This document shows positions 59,759 through 64,000 of a stretch of DNA of 64,000 bases, piece by piece (position 1 is the first letter of the stretch; each line of letters begins with the position of its first letter). Location of the stretch: positions 288,001 through 352,000 of the forward strand of contig CBDBMJ010000003.1 in the NCBI GenBank assembly GCA_965207455.1, given 5' to 3'. The notes beneath the pieces were generated by a model. The model ran no database searches. It was given only the letters and a program-made list of their open reading frames with translations, and was not told where the DNA came from. The DNA comes from Bdellovibrionota bacterium. GTDB lineage: Bacteria; Bdellovibrionota; UBA1018; CAIPTA01; JAALKR01. A program made the position numbers and the translations under genes.

Positions 59759-60744
59759 AAATTTCTCTGGCTCCATTTTGTCGAAAGCTCACACAACCAT
59801 TTCGCTTTGGCAATACCACCCTCACAGAACGAAGTGGTTATTTGCTAAGGGCGACATCTAAAAATGGTGAAACATATTTTAGTGAAGCGTCTCCACTACC
59901 CGGATTTTCTAAAGAGTCACTGGAAGAGGTAAGGAAATATTTACTAGATTTTCGTTGGGAGAGTTGGCAAGAAAAATCTCAAGACCTTTCTCTTTCAATT
60001 CCCTCCAGCGTTCGAATGGCTTTAGAGTTTTTAGGTCCGCATCCCTCCTCAACTGTAGGAGCAAAAAGCCTTGCTGTTAGTGGAGTAATTCCTCTCTTGC
60101 CTGAGCCTCAAAAAGAAATAAGGAACTTGTGGCAGGAGGGGTTTCGCACATTTAAATTTAAAATCACACCGAAATCTACAGAGCTTGTTTGTTGTCTTAT
60201 TTCTTTTCTTGGATCCATTGCTAATGAGAAATATTCCATCCGACTGGATGCCAACCAAACATTAAGCTACTCCCAGTTCTTGCTTCTAGAAAAACGCTTG
60301 CCCCTAAACCTTGTGGAGTATATGGAAGATCCAATGCCTCTTGAGGATACTACTTATCTTCGCGCCAAAAAAGAACAGGCCATACCTATTGCCATCGATC
60401 AACCTCTCCATTCCATAGAAAGCCTGAGACATTTTTTAGATAAAGATCTATGCAATGTTTTTTTATTAAAACCCATGTGCTTTGGTGGTTCCTTGCTTGT
60501 CAACACAGCAGCTCAGCTTATCCGACAGCACGGAAAGAAATATACCATTGGGAGTGCCCTAGAAACAGAGGTTGGCTTGCGCTCCACCCAAAGAGTTTGC
60601 TTGTCCACCCCCTGTGCGGACTATGCTTATGGTGTGGGCACAGGTGGTTTTTTTAATTCTTCCCCCCGTCAACCGATAATAAAAACAGGCGTCTCTCAGG
60701 AAGAAAAAATTTTTGTCAATAAACTACAATGGTGCGACTTATGA
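59755..60744 (+). CDS. menC: o-Succinylbenzoate synthase
   Basis: 'EASPLPGFS', 'FKFK', 'RLDAN', 'EDP', 'AIDQ', 'LKP'. Confidence 0.87.
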   Translation: MKISLAPFCRKLTQPFRFGNTTLTERSGYLLRATSKNGETYFSEASPLPGFSKESLEEVRKYLLDFRWESWQEKSQDLSLSIPSSVRMALEFLGPHPSSTVGAKSLAVSGVIPLLPEPQKEIRNLWQEGFRTFKFKITPKSTELVCCLISFLGSIANEKYSIRLDANQTLSYSQFLLLEKRLPLNLVEYMEDPMPLEDTTYLRAKKEQAIPIAIDQPLHSIESLRHFLDKDLCNVFLLKPMCFGGSLLVNTAAQLIRQHGKKYTIGSALETEVGLRSTQRVCLSTPCADYAYGVGTGGFFNSSPRQPIIKTGVSQEEKIFVNKLQWCDL

Positions 60745-62110
60745 GAATACCAAATATTTTTTTAGCGTCACGAAAAATAAACCAGGAGAAAGTAGAGAAA
60801 AACATTAATCGAATCTCTGCCACTCTCCATATAAAAGGAATACAAACCAAAGATTTGCTTCTCATCCGATCCGATCAATCCCTAGAAACCCTCTACTGGA
60901 TCATTGCTTGCTTTCTGCGGAAGCAACATTTTTCCATCCTTCCCCACACACTTCCCCAAGAAGAGTTTTCCCAAAAGATAGAAGTTCTTTGCCCCAAAGC
61001 CATTGTGCACGCTGGATCAATAACCTCTAAAGCACACTCAGCCCAGGGTGGAAAAAACAACGCTATGATATTGCTTCCCACATCCGGTACCTCTGGAAGA
61101 TCTAAAATAGTTGCTTTAAGCTGGGAGAATTTCAAGCACAGCGCTCTAGCCTATGGAAAGCGCTACACCATTACCCACAAAGACCTATGGCTATGCGCCC
61201 TTCCTTTTCATTTTATTGGCGGTCTCTCCATCGTTGCAAGATCCTTGCTATTGGGAATGGACATTGCTTTTACTCCCAAGTTTACAATAGACGCCGTGGA
61301 AACATTTTTAAAATCCCATAAAATTACAGGGCTATCCCTGGTTCCCACCATGCTGGACAAGCTATTAAAGGCAGATAGTTTCTCCCTGCCCTCAAGTATT
61401 CCCCGCTGGATACTGGTGGGGGGGGATGGAATTACAAAGCACGTCCTAAACCAAGTCCAACAATATAAAAAGAAGCTCCCCATTTACGGTGTGTACGGAA
61501 TGACAGAAACTTGCTCCCAAATTGCCTGCACTCAAAACCTAACAACCCAACAAAACCCACGCCTCCAACCATTCCCCACCATATCCCTGCGAACAGACAA
61601 AGATGGAGAACTCTGGGTGAAAGGAAATACCCTAGCCTTAGGTGAATACTACAAAGGGACAGTAAAGAAACAAACCGACACAAACGGCTGGCTTCCCACC
61701 GAAGATTTTGCCACGATCTTTAACGATGGATCTTTCTCCATCCAGGGAAGAAAATCCAATATCATTATTAGCGGAGGCATCTCTCTCACCCAGAGGAAAT
61801 AGAATCTAAGATACTGGAATCTAATGTGTTTGCAGATTGCTTTGTATTTGGTCTTCCCGATGACTATTGGGGAGAGTGTGTTGCTGCTATCTATACAAGT
61901 AAAAGCGGAAAACCTTTGGAAGAAGAGGAACTCACAAACCTCTCCCTTGATCTAAAAAATAGATTGAGTAACTCACAAATACCTAAAAAGTTTTTCTTTG
62001 CACAAAAACTACCACAAACACCTTCAGGAAAAATAAGCCGACAACAATTGCTAAATTACAGCGATGTAGTTACACCGCCAAGAAAAAATGGCAGCATAAC
62101 TACACTATAG
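60729..62110 (+). pseudogene. menE: o-Succinylbenzoate-CoA ligase split by a frameshift (ORFs 60729-61802 and 61826-62110)
   Basis: 'TSGTSG', 'YGMTET', 'GRKSNIIISGG' in one frame; 'PEEIES...DDYWGE...TPSGKI' in another; one base missing near 61779-61790. Confidence 0.8.
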
Positions 62111-64000
62111 TCTTGGTGACTCCACTATCTGTGTTGTCTTGAGCACCTCAATTCCATCTGCAAATTTGGAGAATGCATCAATATTTTCAAAAACCATTCT
62201 GGCACCATTATTATTAATAATTTCACCTAGTTTGTCATCTTTATACACTCCTAGCCACACGTGCCCCGCTCCTTCACTTCCAGGTTTTCTTCGGTTTTCA
62301 AAGACATTGCCTCCAATAATTTTTGTTTGTATACCATATTCTGAACAAACGCCCACACATTTTTCTAAGGAACGCCCCAAATCTGATTTTCCTTGATTCT
62401 TCGTCTGTTCCATATCTCTTGAGAACCCGTAGGCACCATGGCTGCGATCTGAAGGATTTTCAATTTTGGGAACTATATCTTTCAACCAAACTTGATAAAT
62501 CATTCTTCTATCCGAATCAAAAAGAGGCTCATGCTTCCCTGGAGTTATACCAGTTTTTCTCCTAATTATATCTATCGACCTATTCATCCATTTTTGTAAT
62601 GATGGAGAATTAAAATCAACTAGTATCACGCCCAAGTCGGATTCACCAAGATTGAAGTCACTTAACTTTTTACTTAAAAAGTTATAGGGGCGATTTTCAA
62701 AGTAATCTTTGGATCCTTCATGCACTTCTAATTCCATCTGGTCGTATTACATTCACAGATAAGTTTTTACCAATTTGTTCGATAAGCTCTCCCTCTAATT
62801 TTTTCCCTCCATATTCTATTAGAATATATGAATAATACTTTTTAAGAGTCCCTTTGTTATATTCTTCCATGAGTCTCTCGCTGTCTTACTCTGAGTAAAT
62901 CCCTGTCTTTTATAATAACTCTTGAATCAAGCACACGATCTATTCGTGCCATAAGCCTAAAATCATTCAATACAATAATCCTCCCTTGTACTTCTTTACC
63001 GGCTTTATCTCTTAGCATTATCGGTTGGTTTATCTTAATAATCTCCAAATCTATTCTGACCCAAGAATCTATCATGATGGTCTCGATTATTATCAAGATA
63101 TCTCTCGTCTTCCTTTGCTACATAAGAAGCCTCATCAAGGATTTCTTTCGCCTTTATATCTATTCGCATATAATTTAAATTTTTTATCTCTTTAACAGTG
63201 TGTTCTTGACCAAAAACATTTCTAACGACTACTTTGTTTTTATCTGAAGATACAATTTTAACTGCTATCTCTTCGCCATAAAGATTTTTATAAAATCCAT
63301 ACTGATTATCTTCTTGAAACCTCCCTCTCTCGTTAAAAATAGTTCTAAATTTGTTAACAGAAGCATCGGGCGACTTTTTAAGAACGGTTGGTCGCGTAAA
63401 CCAAGGGAAGCTGACGCCAACAATTCCATTGTTCATTAAAATTCTTCTTTCTTTTTCAGGGAAGCCGGCTTTCTTTAATATTTCTGCTTTTTTCCCCAGT
63501 TGCGCCAAGGTGTAATCGCCAATACTAGCAGTTTCTGTGCGCCTTCCCTTTTCACCTTCTCCCACACGATGGGCCTCCTCTAAAGCACCCTGTTCACTAT
63601 TATTCAATTTCCTCTGCAAAACACTTTCCGCAGAGCTTATTCGCTGGTGATCTGAGGCTTTTGTCTCCGAACTATTTTCTATCTTCTCTCCTTGCCCCAA
63701 GAAGAAATTCTTTACTCTTTGACTTTCTATTGTGCTATAAAAACGTCTCTCCTCTGACTCTAAATATTCTATTGGTAGGTTTTTTTTCACAGTTCCCTTA
63801 CCATAAGTGTCGTAAGAAACCACATCAAGCAAACCGTTCTGGTTTATGAAAAGTCTTTGCATCACCTCCGACCCTGTTCCTAAAAGCCTTCCTGTGGAAA
63901 CATAAATGATGCTTCCCTTTCCATTGCCCGCCATTGCTTGATTATAAAATTTCCAGAAGGAAAAAATACTCCGCAAAGAGTTACTGCGCCTATTAGTAAT
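62105..64000 (-). pseudogene. Fragmented large hypothetical gene ending in a transglutaminase-like domain
   Basis: Overlapping ORFs 63035-63976, 62857-63096, about 62718-62870 and 62105-62737 in successive frames; last piece has 'GVC...GI.TKIIGG...GHVWL'. Confidence 0.55.

Noticed and set aside
14..63849. Many 60-150 aa ORFs antisense to or nested in recognised genes (for example 7923-8318, 42971-43381, 54370-55123, 57344-57799)
   Set aside because: Shadow frames of well-supported genes with no recognisable motifs

Overview
AT-rich bacterial chromosome segment. Gene content (GYF-TPR protein, pilin-like and Cys-rich secreted proteins, several secreted proteases) suggests Bdellovibrionota/Oligoflexia; this is inference. 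Left to right: (1) a minus-strand, strongly diverged complex I-like operon (nuoA-B-C-D-H-I-J-K plus an antiporter-like subunit running off the window; no nuoEFG) whose Fe-S core is intact but whose membrane subunits lack most conserved charged residues; (2) mfd, two SurA/parvulin-type chaperones, a GYF-TPR membrane protein and serS; (3) an accessory block ending at tRNA-Ser(TGA): a 1666-aa lipoprotein (EEP phosphoesterase, ten Cys-paired repeats, metzincin protease), argR/argGH, a HEPN-MNT pair, IS relics, an IS5 (IS903-group) element nested in an ISL3 element, and a tRNA-3'-end-derived repeat-spacer array; (4) glutaredoxin, cysteine dioxygenase, esterase, tldD, tldE; (5) a split-membrane spermidine-synthase-like operon with a Tat substrate; (6) pilin-like and paired pentapeptide-repeat secreted proteins; (7) class Ia nrdAB; (8) two trypsin paralogues around an orphan DNA methyltransferase, and a frameshifted subtilase; (9) CPA2 antiporter, sua5, thioesterase, map and menFDHBACE (menE frameshifted); (10) a multiply frameshifted gene at the right edge. 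Best candidates for novel biology: the tRNA-Ser-linked repeat array, the degenerate complex I-like machine and the nuclease-repeat-protease lipoprotein. All calls come from reading motifs by eye; no searches were run.
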